From Macrostomum hystrix (Eukaryota; Animalia; Platyhelminthes), in assembly GCA_950097015.1 (NCBI GenBank), contig CATNEN010000033.1:1860001-1924000 (forward strand): DNA of 64,000 bases. The letters are read 5' to 3'. Positions 11,984 through 26,900 of the stretch are shown here, piece by piece (the first letter of the stretch is position 1; every line of letters starts with the position of its first letter). The translations under genes and the position numbers were made by a program. The notes beneath the pieces were generated by a model that was given only the letters and a program-made list of their open reading frames with translations, did no database searches and was not told where the DNA came from.

Positions 11984-13726
11984 TGCAAACTAATTTAATT
12001 CTGCTAAAACTGCTAAATGCAAACCGTGGAAAATTTAAACGAAAAAATGACACCGCGAGTTCAAAAAATTCGTTCTGATGCCCTACGTAGCTTGGATTGT
12101 ATTTTGCGAAAAAATAATGATAGCAAAGTTTTAATATTTGTTTAGACATATTTTGATAGTTTTTATATATAAAATAAGAATAACAATTTCACAAACATTT
12201 TTTCTGCTAAAAATCTCATCTTTAAATTAGATTTTAAACACAAAGGACAAAAATTCGGAGACTTTGTTTTTTCCTAGTGTTTAATATATTTCTATTTTCG
12301 ACGAAGCCGGAAATAGTATACTGCAATTATATTGTCTTATAAATGCCTCTAAAAAGGCTACTATATATACACTTTAACAAGGACATCTTGATTACTAATG
12401 TATATAAAATCATCATATAATTTCATCAGCACTGTGCAACAGTCCTGAACGACTTTTATAGAGTAATAAGACAAAGAAATAGATAAAACAGAAAAAGGCT
12501 CACACAGTTGCTATATAAATTATATTATCACAGTTATTAATTTCTCGGCATGTTATTGGTAAGATTTATTTGTAACTGTATTTTTTGTTTTTAATTTAGT
12601 TTAAATACTAAATCTTCCTGTACGTGTTAGTTTGAAGCTACAATAAAGAAAGATTCCAAAAAAGAAACCAAAACAGACATTCTGTAAAAATGCAGCACTT
12701 AAATTAATCTTCACTTAAGTTTAAAAAAAAGTGAATAGATTTTTATGGCTTTAAAAATAAAAACAGATAGATGAATTTGAAGGAACATTGAAGATGTTTG
12801 GAAGCCTAGACAGAGGCTCCGATGAGTACAAATACATATATGGTAAGGCCAGAACGCTTCTGCTAAGGTACATTAGGAATAACATAACAAAGTGTTCGTT
12901 AAATATATATTTATTTTTATACTTTTATAACTGCAACTCAAATGTGTTAACAACCTTAATCACAAAAGAACTTATTTAATTACGAATTTTACTGACGTTT
13001 GTGCGGTTGCAATATAACATAATCGTTTCACATTAGCTTTATTGGCTTATTAAGTGAAGCCGAAAAATTAAAAGCATGGCTGAGTTATTGATTATTTAAT
13101 TAATCATAAAAGCTAAGTATAAGATTTCAGTATATGATTAAGGAAAAAACAAGGAAAGGCATCTAATATGATGATTAAGTGATTTGATGCAGCGCATCAA
13201 AGCAGTAACTATGGGAAAATAAAACTTTGAAGGTATACAATTTCCTGTTAGCATATAGGGGACTAAAAATTCAGCGAAAAATCCTACTTGAAGTAGTGCG
13301 AGTTATTCAGAAGCAACATCTACTCGAAATTGGTGGAAAATGTGGTAGTGCTGTACAAAATAGCTAGGCTTAATAAGTGTCTAAGAATCAATAATAGATA
13401 TAATGAGTAGTGCTGTCAATTGAGGTAAGCTAACTATTGGATATCGCAAAAAAAATAGAATACAAGCAAAACTGATAAAGATTTGAAAAACGAAAACCAA
13501 AACTCTCTTCTTTGCCTTCGTTAAAAAAACTCAGAAATGAATAATTTTAGCTCGTCTAATCATTAAAAGTCTTTGACGCGATCACGCTCGCAAAACCATT
13601 TCGCTGTGAGGGGAGCCTTCTGACGCTGAGCTTAAACCGATTAGAGGCTGGCAGAGAGAAAGGACAGGCTGGCAACATGAGACAAGAGGAGACACCCCAG
13701 CTAGTGAGAAAGGCACTTCTGGGGAG

Positions 13727-14012
13727 AGACAGTCACAGACAGACAGACAGACACAGACAGACAGACAGACAGACAGACAGCCAGACAGACAGACAGCCAG
13801 ACAGAACACAGCCAGACAGAAAGACAGACAGACAGACAGACAGAAAGACAGACAGACACAGACAGACAGACACAGAAAGCCAGACAGACACAGACAGACA
13901 GACAGACAGACAAACACAGACAGACAAACAGACAGACACAGAAAGCCAGACAGACACAGACAGACAGCCAGACAGACAGACATACAGACAGACACAGACA
14001 CACAGACAGACA
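13727..14012. repeat. Imperfect (CAGA/GACA)n microsatellite
   Basis: gacagacagacac runs. Source of the spurious CLSV/RQTD ORFs. Confidence 0.95.
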
Positions 14013-14654
14013 GGCAGGACAGGCACAGCCAAGGCACAGGCGAGGAGCGCAATTTTTCGAAAATAAGAATTCGAAACAGGCCCGAAGGTATTTCCAAAAG
14101 GCAGAAGCTGAAAGGTGCGTGGCAGAAGTGGTTCAAGCAGAAAACGGATTTGGAGGTCGTGAGGTGGATGATCACAACACAGGTCGCGGCAATTTTATAG
14201 TGCGGGAAAGAAAGGTGAAGGACAGCGCGGAGTGAATAGTCAAATAAATCGCAAATGGCCATCACAAGCAAGCAGACAAGCAGCGAATTCTCATAGTGAG
14301 CGCAGATAAATATGTATATATAAGTAGTCAATAAAGAATAGACAGGCATTTTAAGTGACACTGCAACTAGAGCAATCTACATAATAGAAATAGGCATAAA
14401 TATATCATCTACTCATTAAGCAGATCGAACTAATTTATCTAAAACTAGAAAACAACGTTACCAGAGAGAGATTGAGAATGGGGGCATAGCAGGATAAATT
14501 GGGTAATAGTTAGATAATGAATTGGTGCGGCTAATGTACAGAAAATGAATAGCAGGCACAATCAAAGTTCAGGCGGGGAAGGGGCTAAAAAGGAGGGCTG
14601 GGCTAAGCACACTAATATTTGTCGCTTTTTGCAGGCATGACTACAGAGCTATCC

Positions 14655-14772
14655 AGCCAATCAAAACAGAGCTTGCTGCCTATTGGCCCACTTGCGAGCC
14701 AATTAGAATTGATCTTGGTGTGAAAAATTAAGGGGCTTAGACGGTTGCTGATTGGCTAACTAGCGAACCAAT
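14655..14772. promoter_or_regulatory. Cluster of five RRCCAAT (NF-Y-like) boxes
   Basis: CCAAT/ATTGG at 14657, 14682, 14699, 14751 and 14768, each with two purines 5' on its own strand. A GC box (ggcggg) lies near 14572 and a minus-strand TATAAAA at 14199-14193. Confidence 0.4.
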
Positions 14773-14903
14773 AAGAAAGGCCTCACGCGGCCTACTGTTG
14801 AACTATATTATCTAATGATAGTGAAGAAGCGACAAATGAAAGTGCGGAATCCATAAGCGCCATTTGCCCAGCCCACCTCCAACAACCAGAGTCAGAGCGC
14901 CGG

Positions 14904-17900
14904 TCACAGCTCCATGTCCTCGGCGCCGCCTTCAGGCCTCTCATCGTCGCTGAACTCCGACATTGAGCTCTCGTCCTCGGATGAGGACATGGCTCCCGGC
15001 TGGTCGTCTTGGCTGCGAATAGCCGACTCCGTGGCGAAGCGCTGGACATATTCGCGCACCCTCTGCCGAAAATCCTCCGGTCGGTGAAGGTAGAGCGAGG
15101 CGGCGTCGCCATTTAACGGATCCATGGGGTTCGGGTACGTCAGCAGCTGCGGCAGGAACGACTCGAAGATGTTCGTCAGGTCTTCACAGAGTACAGGTGA
15201 ATAAATGATACACACGGTTATTGAATGATTCTAGCAGTCATTGAATGATTCTAGCAGTCATGGAATGATTCTAGCAGTCATGGAATGATTCTAGCAGTCA
15301 TGGAATGATTCTAGCAGTCATGGAATGATTCTAGCAGTCATGGAATGTTTCTAGCAGTCATGGAATGATTCTAGCAGTCATGGAATGATTCTAGCAGACA
15401 GGGAATGATTCTAGCAGGCATAGAATCATTCTAGCAGTCATGGACTGATTCTAGCAGCTATGGAATGAGTCTAGCAGGCATGGAATGATTCTAGCAGTCA
15501 TGGAATGATTATAGCAGTCATGGAATGATTCTAGCAGGCATGGAATGATTCTAGCAGTAATGTAATGATTCTAGCAGTCATGGAATGACTCTAGCAGTCA
15601 TGGATTGATTCTAGCAGTCATGGATTGATTCTAGCAGTCAGGGAATGATTCTAGCAGGCAGGGAATGATTTTAGCAGTCATGGAATGATTCTAGCAGGCA
15701 TAGAATCATTCTAGCAGTCATGGAATGATTCTAGCAGGTATAGAATGAGTCTTGCAGGCATGGAATGATTCTAGCAGTAATGTAATGATTCTAGCAGTCA
15801 TGGATTGATTCTAGCAGGCATAGAATGATTCTAGCAGTAATGTAATGATTCTAGCAGGCATGGAATGATTCTAGCAGTCATGGAATGATTCTAGCAGTTA
15901 TGGAATGTTTCTAGCAGTCATGGAATAATTTTAGCAGCTATGGAATGAGTCTAGCAGGCATGGAATGATTCTAGCAGTCATGGAATGATTATAGCAGTCA
16001 TGAAATGATTCTAGCAGGCATGGAATGATTCTAGCAGTAATGTAATGATTCTAGCAGTCATGGAATGACTCTAGCAGTCATGGAATGATTCTAGCAGGTA
16101 TGGAATGAGTCTAGCAGGCATGGAATGATTCTAGCAGTCATGGATTGATTCTAGCAGGCATGGAATGATTCTAGCAGTAATGTAATGATTCTAGCAGTCA
16201 TGGAATGATTCTAGCAGTTATGGAATGATTCTAGCAGTTATGGAATGTTTCTAGCAGTCATGGAATAATTTTAGCAGCTATGGAATGAGTCTAGCAGGCA
16301 TGGAATGATTCTAGCAGTCATGGAATGATTATAGCAGTCATGGAATGATTCTAGCAGGCATGGAATGATTCTAGCAGTAATGTAATGATTCTAGCAGTCA
16401 TGGAATGACTCTAGCAGTCATGGAATGATTCTAGCAGGTATGGAATGAGTCTAGCAGGCATGGAATGATTCTAGCAGTCATGGATTGATTCTAGCAGGCA
16501 TAGAATGATTCTAGCAGTAATGTAATGATTCTAGCAGTCATGGAATGATTCTAGCAGTCATGGAATGTTTCTAGCAGTCATGAAATGATTCTAGCAGTCA
16601 TGGAATGATTCTAGCAGGCAGGGAATGATTCTAGCAGGCAGGGAATGATTTTAGCAGGCATGGAATGATTCTAGCAGTCATGGAATGATTCTAGCAGCCA
16701 TGGAATGATTCTAGCAGGCATAGAATGATTCTAGCAGTAATGTAATGATTCTAGCAGTCATGGAATGATTCTAGCAGTCATGGAATGATTCTAGCAGTTA
16801 TGGAATGTTTCTAGCAGTCATGGAATAATTTTAGCAGTCATGGAATGATTCTAGCAGTCATGGAATGATTCTAGCAGTCATGGATTGATTCTAGCAGGCA
16901 GGGAATGATTCTAGCAGGCAGGGAATGATTCTAGCAGTCATGGAATGATTCTAGCAGGCATAAAATGATTCTAGCAGTCATGGAATGTTTCTAGCAGTCA
17001 TGGAATGATTCTAGCAGGTATGGAATGAGTCTAGCAGGCATGGAATGATTCTAGCAGTCATGGAATGATTCTAGCAGGCAGGGAATGATTCTAGCAGGCA
17101 GGGAATGATTCTAGCAGGCAAGGAATGGTTTTAGCAGTCATGGAATGATTCTAGCAGGCATAAAATGATTCTAGCAGTCATGGAATGATTCTAGCAGTCA
17201 TGGAATGTTTCTAGCAGTCATGGAATGATTCTAGCAGTCATGGAATGATTCTAGCAGACAGGGAATGATTCTAGCAGGCATAGAATCATTCTAGCAGTCA
17301 TGGACTGATTCTAGCAGCTATGGAATGAGTCTAGCAGGCATGGAATGATTCTAGCAGTCATGGAATGATTATAGCAGTCATGGAATGATTCTAGCAGGCA
17401 TGGAATGATTCTAGCAGTAATGTAATGATTCTAGCAGTCATGGAATGACTCTAGCAGTCATGGATTGATTCTAGCAGTCATGGATTGATTCTAGCAGTCA
17501 GGGAATGATTCTAGCAGGCAGGGAATGATTTTAGCAGTCATGGAATGATTCTAGCAGGCATAGAATCATTCTAGCAGTCATGGAATGATTCTAGCAGGTA
17601 TAGAATGAGTCTTGCAGGCATGGAATGATTCTAGCAGTAATGTAATGATTCTAGCAGTCATGGATTGATTCTAGCAGGCATAGAATGATTCTAGCAGTAA
17701 TGTAATGATTCTAGCAGGCATGGAATGATTCTAGCAGTCATGGAATGATTCTAGCAGTTATGGAATGTTTCTAGCAGTCATGGAATAATTTTTAGCAGCT
17801 ATGGAATGAGTCTAGCAGGCATGGAATGATTCTAGCAGTCATGGAATGATTATAGCAGTCATGAAATGATTCTAGCAGGCATGGAATGATTCTAGCAGTA

Positions 17901-20900
17901 ATGTAATGATTCTAGCAGTCATGGAATGACTCTAGCAGTCATGGAATGATTCTAGCAGGTATGGAATGAGTCTAGCAGGCATGGAATGATTCTAGCAGTC
18001 ATGGATTGATTCTAGCAGGCATAGAATGATTCTAGCAGTAATGTAATGATTCTAGCAGTCATGTAATGATTCTAGCAGTCATGGAATGATTCTAGCAGTC
18101 ATGGAATGATTCTAGCAGTCATGGAATGATTCTAGCAGTCATGGAATGATTCTAGCAGTCATGGAATGATTCTAGCAGTCATGGAATGATTCTAGCAGTC
18201 ATGGAATGATTCTAGCAGTCATGGAATGATTCTAGCAGTCATGGAATGATTCTAGCAGTCATGGAATGATTCTAGCAGTTATGGAATGTTTCTAGCAGTC
18301 ATGGAATAATTTTAGCAGCTATGGAATGAGTCTAGCAGGCATGGAATGATTCTAGCAGTCATGGAATGATTATAGCAGTCATGAATGATTCTAGCAGGCA
18401 TGGAATGATTCTAGCAGTAATGTAATGATTCTAGCAGTCATGGAATGATTCTAGCAGTCATGGAATGATTCTAGCAGGTATGGAATGAGTCTAGCAGGCA
18501 TGGAATGATTCTAGCAGTCATGGATTGATTCTAGCAGGCATAGAATGATTCTAGCAGTAATGTAATGATTCTAGCAGTCATGGAATGATTCTAGCAGTCA
18601 TGGAATGATTCTAGCAGTCATGGAATGTTTCTAGCAGTCATGGAATGATTCTAGCAGTCATGGAATGATTCTAGCAGTCATGGAATGTTTCTAGCAGTCA
18701 TGGAATGATTCTAGCAGTCATGGAATGATTCTAGCAGACAGGGAATGATTCTAGCAGGCATAGAATCATTCTAGCAGTCATGGACTGATTCTAGCAGCTA
18801 TGGAATGAGTCTAGCAGGCATGGAATGATTCTAGCAGTCATGGAATGATTATAGCAGTCATGGAATGATTCTAGCAGGCATGGAATGATTCTAGCAGTAA
18901 TGTAATGATTCTAGCAGTCATGGAATGACTCTAGCAGTCATGGATTGATTCTAGCAGTCATGGATTGATTCTAGCAGTCAGGGAATGATTCTAGCAGGCA
19001 GGGAATGATTTTAGCAGTCATGGAATGATTCTAGCAGGCATAGAATCATTCTAGCAGTCATGGAATGATTCTAGCAGGTATAGAATGAGTCTTGCAGGCA
19101 TGGAATGATTCTAGCAGTAATGTAATGATTCTAGCAGTCATGGATTGATTCTAGCAGGCATAGAATGATTCTAGCAGTAATGTAATGATTCTAGCAGGCA
19201 TGGAATGATTCTAGCAGTCATGGAATGATTCTAGCAGTTATGGAATGTTTCTAGCAGTCATGGAATAATTTTAGCAGCTATGGAATGAGTCTAGCAGGCA
19301 TGGAATGATTCTAGCAGTCATGGAATGATTATAGCAGTCATGAAATGATTCTAGCAGGCATGGAATGATTCTAGCAGTAATGTAATGATTCTAGCAGTCA
19401 TGGAATGACTCTAGCAGTCATGGAATGATTCTAGCAGGTATGGAATGAGTCTAGCAGGCATGGAATGATTCTAGCAGTCATGGATTGATTCTAGCAGGCA
19501 TGGAATGATTCTAGCAGTAATGTAATGATTCTAGCAGTCATGGAATGATTCTAGCAGTTATGGAATGATTCTAGCAGTTATGGAATGTTTTCTAGCAGTC
19601 ATGGAATAATTTTAGCAGCTATGGAATGAGTCTAGCAGGCATGGAATGATTCTAGCAGTCATGGAATGATTATAGCAGTCATGGAATGATTCTAGCAGGC
19701 ATGGAATGATTCTAGCAGTAATGTAATGATTCTAGCAGTCATGGAATGACTCTAGCAGTCATGGAATGATTCTAGCAGGTATGGAATGAGTCTAGCAGGC
19801 ATGGAATGATTCTAGCAGTCATGGATTGATTCTAGCAGGCATAGAATGATTCTAGCAGTAATGTAATGATTCTAGCAGTCATGGAATGATTTCTAGCAGT
19901 CATGGAATGTTTCTAGCAGTCATGAAATGATTCTAGCAGTCATGGAATGATTCTAGCAGGCAGGGAATGATTCTAGCAGGCAGGGAATGATTTTAGCAGG
20001 CATGGAATGATTCTAGCAGTCATGGAATGATTCTAGCAGCCATGGAATGATTCTAGCAGGCATAGAATGATTCTAGCAGTAATGTAATGATTCTAGCAGT
20101 CATGGAATGATTCTAGCAGTCATGGAATGATTCTAGCAGTTATGGAATGTTTCTAGCAGTCATGGAATAATTTTAGCAGTCATGGAATGATTCTAGCAGT
20201 CATGGAATGATTCTAGCAGTCATGGATTGATTCTAGCAGGCAGGGAATGATTCTAGCAGGCAGGGAATGATTCTAGCAGTCATGGAATGATTCTAGCAGG
20301 CATAAAATGATTCTAGCAGTCATGGAATGTTTCTAGCAGTCATGGAATGATTCTAGCAGGTATGGAATGAGTCTAGCAGGCATGGAATGATTCTAGCAGT
20401 CATGGAATGATTCTAGCAGGCAGGGAATGATTCTAGCAGGCAGGGAATGATTCTAGCAGGCAAGGAATGGTTTTAGCAGTCATGGAATGATTCTAGCAGG
20501 CATAAAATGATTCTAGCAGTCATGGAATGATTCTAGCAGTCATGGAATGTTTCTAGCAGTCATGGAATGATTCTAGCAGTCATGGAATGATTCTAGCAGA
20601 CAGGGAATGATTCTAGCAGGCATAGAATCATTCTAGCAGTCATGGACTGATTCTAGCAGCTATGGAATGAGTCTAGCAGGCATGGAATGATTCTAGCAGT
20701 CATGGAATGATTATAGCAGTCATGGAATGATTCTAGCAGGCATGGAATGATTCTAGCAGTAATGTAATGATTCTAGCAGTCATGGAATGACTCTAGCAGT
20801 CATGGATTGATTCTAGCAGTCATGGATTGATTCTAGCAGTCAGGGAATGATTCTAGCAGGCAGGGAATGATTTTAGCAGTCATGGAATGATTCTAGCAGG

Positions 20901-23900
20901 CATAGAATCATTCTAGCAGTCATGGAATAATTCTAGCAGGTATAGAATGAGTCTTGCAGGCATGGAATGATTCTAGCAGTAATGTAATGATTCTAGCAGT
21001 CATGGATTGATTCTAGCAGGCATAGAATGATTCTAGCAGTAATGTAATGATTCTAGCAGGCATGGAATGATTCTAGCAGTCATGGAATGATTCTAGCAGT
21101 TATGGAATGTTTCTAGCAGTCATGGAATAATTTTAGCAGCTATGGAATGAGTCTAGCAGGCATGGAATGATTCTAGCAGTCATGGAATGATTATAGCAGT
21201 CATGAAATGATTCTAGCAGGCATGGAATGATTCTAGCAGTAATGTAATGATTTTAGCAGTCATGGAATGACTCTAGCAGTCATGGAATGATTCTAGCAGG
21301 TATGGAATGAGTCTAGCAGGCATGGAATGATTCTAGCAGTCATGGATTGATTCTAGCAGGCATAGAATGATTCTAGCAGTAATGTAATGATTCTAGCAGT
21401 CATGGAATGATTCTAGCAGTCATGGAATGATTCTAGCAGTCATGGAATGATTCTAGCAGTCATGGAATGATTCTAGCAGTCATGGAATGATTCTAGCAGT
21501 CATGGAATGATTCTAGCAGTCATGGAATGATTCTAGCAGTCATGGAATGATTCTAGCAGTCATGGAATGATTCTAGCAGTCATGGAATGATTCTAGCAGT
21601 CATGGAATGATTCTAGCAGTCATGGAATGATTCTAGCAGTTATGGAATGTTTCTAGCAGTCATGGAATAATTTTAGCAGCTATGGAATGAGTCTAGCAGG
21701 CATGGAATGATTCTAGCAGTCATGGAATGATTATAGCAGTCATGGAATGATTCTAGCAGGCATGGAATGATTCTAGCAGTAATGTAATGATTCTAGCAGT
21801 CATGGAATGATTCTAGCAGTCATGGAATGATTCTAGCAGGTATGGAATGAGTCTAGCAGGCATGGAATGATTCTAGCAGTCATGGATTGATTCTAGCAGG
21901 CATAGAATGATTCTAGCAGTAATGTAATGATTCTAGCAGTCATGGAATGATTCTAGCAGTCATGGAATGATTCTAGCAGTCATGGAATGTTTCTAGCAGT
22001 CATGGAATGATTCTAGCAGTCATGGAATGATTCTAGCAGTCATGGAATGTTTCTAGCAGTCATGGAATGATTCTAGCAGTCATGGAATGATTCTAGCAGA
22101 CAGGGAATGATTCTAGCAGGCATAGAATCATTCTAGCAGTCATGGACTGATTCTAGCAGCTATGGAATGAGTCTAGCAGGCATGGAATGATTCTAGCAGT
22201 CATGGAATGATTATAGCAGTCATGGAATGATTCTAGCAGGCATGGAATGATTCTAGCAGTAATGTAATGATTCTAGCAGTCATGGAATGACTCTAGCAGT
22301 CATGGATTGATTCTAGCAGTCATGGATTGATTCTAGCAGTCAGGGAATGATTCTAGCAGGCAGGGAATGATTTTAGCAGTCATGGAATGATTCTAGCAGG
22401 CATAGAATCATTCTAGCAGTCATGGAATGATTCTAGCAGGTATAGAATGAGTCTTGCAGGCATGGAATGATTCTAGCAGTAATGTAATGATTCTAGCAGT
22501 CATGGATTGATTCTAGCAGGCATAGAATGATTCTAGCAGGCATGGAATGATTCTAGCAGTCATGGAATGATTCTAGCAGTTATGGAATGTTTCTAGCAGT
22601 CATGGAATAATTTTAGCAGCTATGGAATGAGTCTAGCAGGCATGGAATGATTCTAGCAGTCATGGAATGATTATAGCAGTCATGAAATGATTCTAGCAGG
22701 CATGGAATGATTCTAGCAGTAATGTAATGATTCTAGCAGTCATGGAATGACTCTAGCAGTCATGGAATGATTCTAGCAGGTATGGAATGAGTCTAGCAGG
22801 CATGGAATGATTCTAGCAGTCATGGATTGATTCTAGCAGGCATGGAATGATTCTAGCAGTAATGTAATGATTCTAGCAGTCATGGAATGATTCTAGCAGT
22901 TATGGAATGATTCTAGCAGTTATGGAATGTTTCTAGCAGTCATGGAATAATTTTAGCAGCTATGGAATGAGTCTAGCAGGCATGGAATGATTCTAGCAGT
23001 CATGGAATGATTATAGCAGTCATGGAATGATTCTAGCAGGCATGGAATGATTCTAGCAGTAATGTAATGATTCTAGCAGTCATGGAATGACTCTAGCAGT
23101 CATGGAATGATTCTAGCAGGTATGGAATGAGTCTAGCAGGCATGGAATGATTCTAGCAGTCATGGATTGATTCTAGCAGGCATAGAATGATTCTAGCAGT
23201 AATGTAATGATTCTAGCAGTCATGGAATGATTCTAGCAGTCATGGAATGTTTCTAGCAGTCATGAAATGATTCTAGCAGTCATGGAATGATTCTAGCAGG
23301 CAGGGAATGATTCTAGCAGGCAGGGAATGATTTTAGCAGGCATGGAATGATTCTAGCAGTCATGGAATGATTCTAGCAGCCATGGAATGATTCTAGCAGG
23401 CATAGAATGATTCTAGCAGTAATGTAATGATTCTAGCAGTCATGGAATGATTCTAGCAGTCATGGAATGATTCTAGCAGTTATGGAATGTTTCTAGCAGT
23501 CATGGAATAATTTTAGCAGTCATGGAATGATTCTAGCAGTCATGGAATGATTCTAGCAGTCATGGATTGATTCTAGCAGGCAGGGAATGATTCTAGCAGG
23601 CAGGGAATGATTCTAGCAGTCATGGAATGATTCTAGCAGGCTTAAAATGATTCTAGCAGTCATGGAATGTTTCTAGCAGTCATGGAATGATTCTAGCAGG
23701 TATGGAATGAGTCTAGCAGGCATGGAATGATTCTAGCAGTCATGGAATGATTCTAGCAGGCAGGGAATGATTCTAGCAGGCAGGGAATGATTCTAGCAGG
23801 CAAGGAATGGTTTTAGCAGTCATGGAATGATTCTAGCAGGCATAAAATGATTCTAGCAGTCATGGAATGATTCTAGCAGTCATGGAATGTTTCTAGCAGT

Positions 23901-26900
23901 CATGGAATGATTCTAGCAGTCATGGAATGATTCTAGCAGACAGGGAATGATTCTAGCAGGCATAGAATCATTCTAGCAGTCATGGACTGATTCTAGCAGC
24001 TATGGAATGAGTCTAGCAGGCATGGAATGATTCTAGCAGTCATGGAATGATTATAGCAGTCATGGAATGATTCTAGCAGGCATGGAATGATTCTAGCAGT
24101 AATGTAATGATTCTAGCAGTCATGGAATGACTCTAGCAGTCATGGATTGATTCTAGCAGTCATGGATTGATTCTAGCAGTCAGGGAATGATTCTAGCAGG
24201 CAGGGAATGATTTTAGCAGTCATGGAATGATTCTAGCAGGCATAGAATCATTCTAGCAGTCATGGAATGATTCTAGCAGGTATAGAATGAGTCTTGCAGG
24301 CATGGAATGATTCTAGCAGTAATGTAATGATTCTAGCAGTCATGGATTGATTCTAGCAGGCATAGAATGATTCTAGCAGTAATGTAATGATTCTAGCAGG
24401 CATGGAATGATTCTAGCAGTCATGGAATGATTCTAGCAGTTATGGAATGTTTCTAGCAGTCATGGAATAATTTTAGCAGCTATGGAATGAGTCTAGCAGG
24501 CATGGAATGATTCTAGCAGTCATGGAATGATTATAGCAGTCATGAAATGATTCTAGCAGGCATGGAATGATTCTAGCAGTAATGTAATGATTCTAGCAGT
24601 CATGGAATGACTCTAGCAGTCATGGAATGATTCTAGCAGGTATGGAATGAGTCTAGCAGGCATGGAATGATTCTAGCAGTCATGGATTGATTCTAGCAGG
24701 CATAGAATGATTCTAGCAGTAATGTAATGATTCTAGCAGTCATGGAATGTTTCTAGCAGTCATGGAATGATTCTAGCAGTCATGGAATGATTCTAGCAGA
24801 CAGGGAATGATTCTAGCAGGCATAGAATCATTCTAGCAGTCATGGACTGATTCTAGCAGCTATGGAATGAGTCTAGCAGGCATGGAATGATTCTAGCAGT
24901 CATGGAATGATTATAGCAGTCATGGAATGATTCTAGCAGGCATGGAATGATTCTAGCAGTAATGTAATGATTCTAGCAGTCATGGAATGACTCTAGCAGT
25001 CATGGATTGATTCTAGCAGTCATGGATTGATTCTAGCAGTCAGGGAATGATTCTAGCAGGCAGGGAATGATTTTAGCAGTCATGGAATGATTCTAGCAGG
25101 CATAGAATCATTCTAGCAGTCATGGAATGATTCTAGCAGGTATAGAATGAGTCTTGCAGGCATGGAATGATTCTAGCAGTAATGTAATGATTCTAGCAGT
25201 CATGGATTGATTCTAGCAGGCATAGAATGATTCTAGCAGTAATGTAATGATTCTAGCAGGCATGGAATGATTCTAGCAGTCATGGAATGATTCTAGCAGT
25301 TATGGAATGTTTCTAGCAGTCATGGAATAATTTTAGCAGCTATGGAATGAGTCTAGCAGGCATGGAATGATTCTAGCAGTCATGGAATGATTATAGCAGT
25401 CATGAAATGATTCTAGCAGGCATGGAATGATTCTAGCAGTAATGTAATGATTCTAGCAGTCATGGAATGACTCTAGCAGTCATGGAATGATTCTAGCAGG
25501 TATGGAATGAGTCTAGCAGGCATGGAATGATTCTAGCAGTCATGGATTGATTCTAGCAGGCATAGAATGATTCTAGCAGTAATGTAATGATTCTAGCAGT
25601 CATGGAATGACTCTAGCAGTCCTGGAATGATTCTAGCAGGTATGGAATGAGTCTAGCAGGCATGGAATGATTCTAGCAGTCATGGATTGATTCTAGCAGG
25701 CATAGAATGATTCTAGCAGTAATGTAATGATTCTAGCAGTCATGGAATGTTTCTAGCAGTCATGGAATGATTCTAGCAGTCATGGAATGATTCTAGCAGA
25801 CAGGGAATGATTCTAGCAGGCATAGAATCATTCTAGCAGTCATGGACTGATTCTAGCAGCTATGGAATGAGTCTAGCAGGCATGGAATGATTCTAGCAGT
25901 CATGGAATGATTATAGCAGTCATGGAATGATTCTAGCAGGCATGGAATGATTCTAGCAGTAATGTAATGATTCTAGCAGTCATGGAATGACTCTAGCAGT
26001 CATGGATTGATTCTAGCAGTCATGGATTGATTCTAGCAGTCAGGGAATGATTCTAGCAGGCAGGGAATGATTTTAGCAGTCATGGAATGATTCTAGCAGG
26101 CATAGAATCATTCTAGCAGTCATGGAATGATTCTAGCAGGTATAGAATGAGTCTTGCAGGCATGGAATGATTCTAGCAGTAATGTAATGATTCTAGCAGT
26201 CATGGATTGATTCTAGCAGGCATAGAATGATTCTAGCAGTAATGTAATGATTCTAGCAGGCATGGAATGATTCTAGCAGTCATGGAATGATTCTAGCAGT
26301 TATGGAATGTTTCTAGCAGTCATGGAATAATTTTAGCAGTCATGGAATGAGTCTAGCAGGCATGGAATGATTCTAGCAGTCATGGAATGATTATAGCAGT
26401 CATGAAATGATTCTAGCAGGCATGGAATGATTCTAGCAGTAATGTAATGATTCTAGCAGTCATGGAATGACTCTAGCAGTCATGGAATGATTCTAGCAGG
26501 TATGGAATGAGTCTAGCAGGCATGGAATGATTCTAGCAGTCATGGATTGATTCTAGCAGGCATGGAATGATTCTAGCAGTAATGTAATGATTCTAGCAGT
26601 CATGGAATGATTCTAGCAGTTATGGAATGATTCTAGCAGTTATGGAATGTTTCTAGCAGTCATGGAATAATTTTAGCAGCTATGGAATGAGTCTAGCAGG
26701 CATGGAATGATTCTAGCAGTCATGGAATGATTATAGCAGTCATGGAATGATTCTAGCAGGCATGGAATGATTCTAGCAGTAATGTAATGATTCTAGCAGT
26801 CATGGAATGACTCTAGCAGTCATGGAATGATTCTAGCAGGTATGGAATGAGTCTAGCAGGCATGGAATGATTCTAGCAGTCATGGATTGATTCTAGCAGG

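Noticed and set aside
13582-14361. 259-aa and overlapping CLSV/RQTD ORFs
   Set aside because: Products of the (CAGA)n microsatellite.
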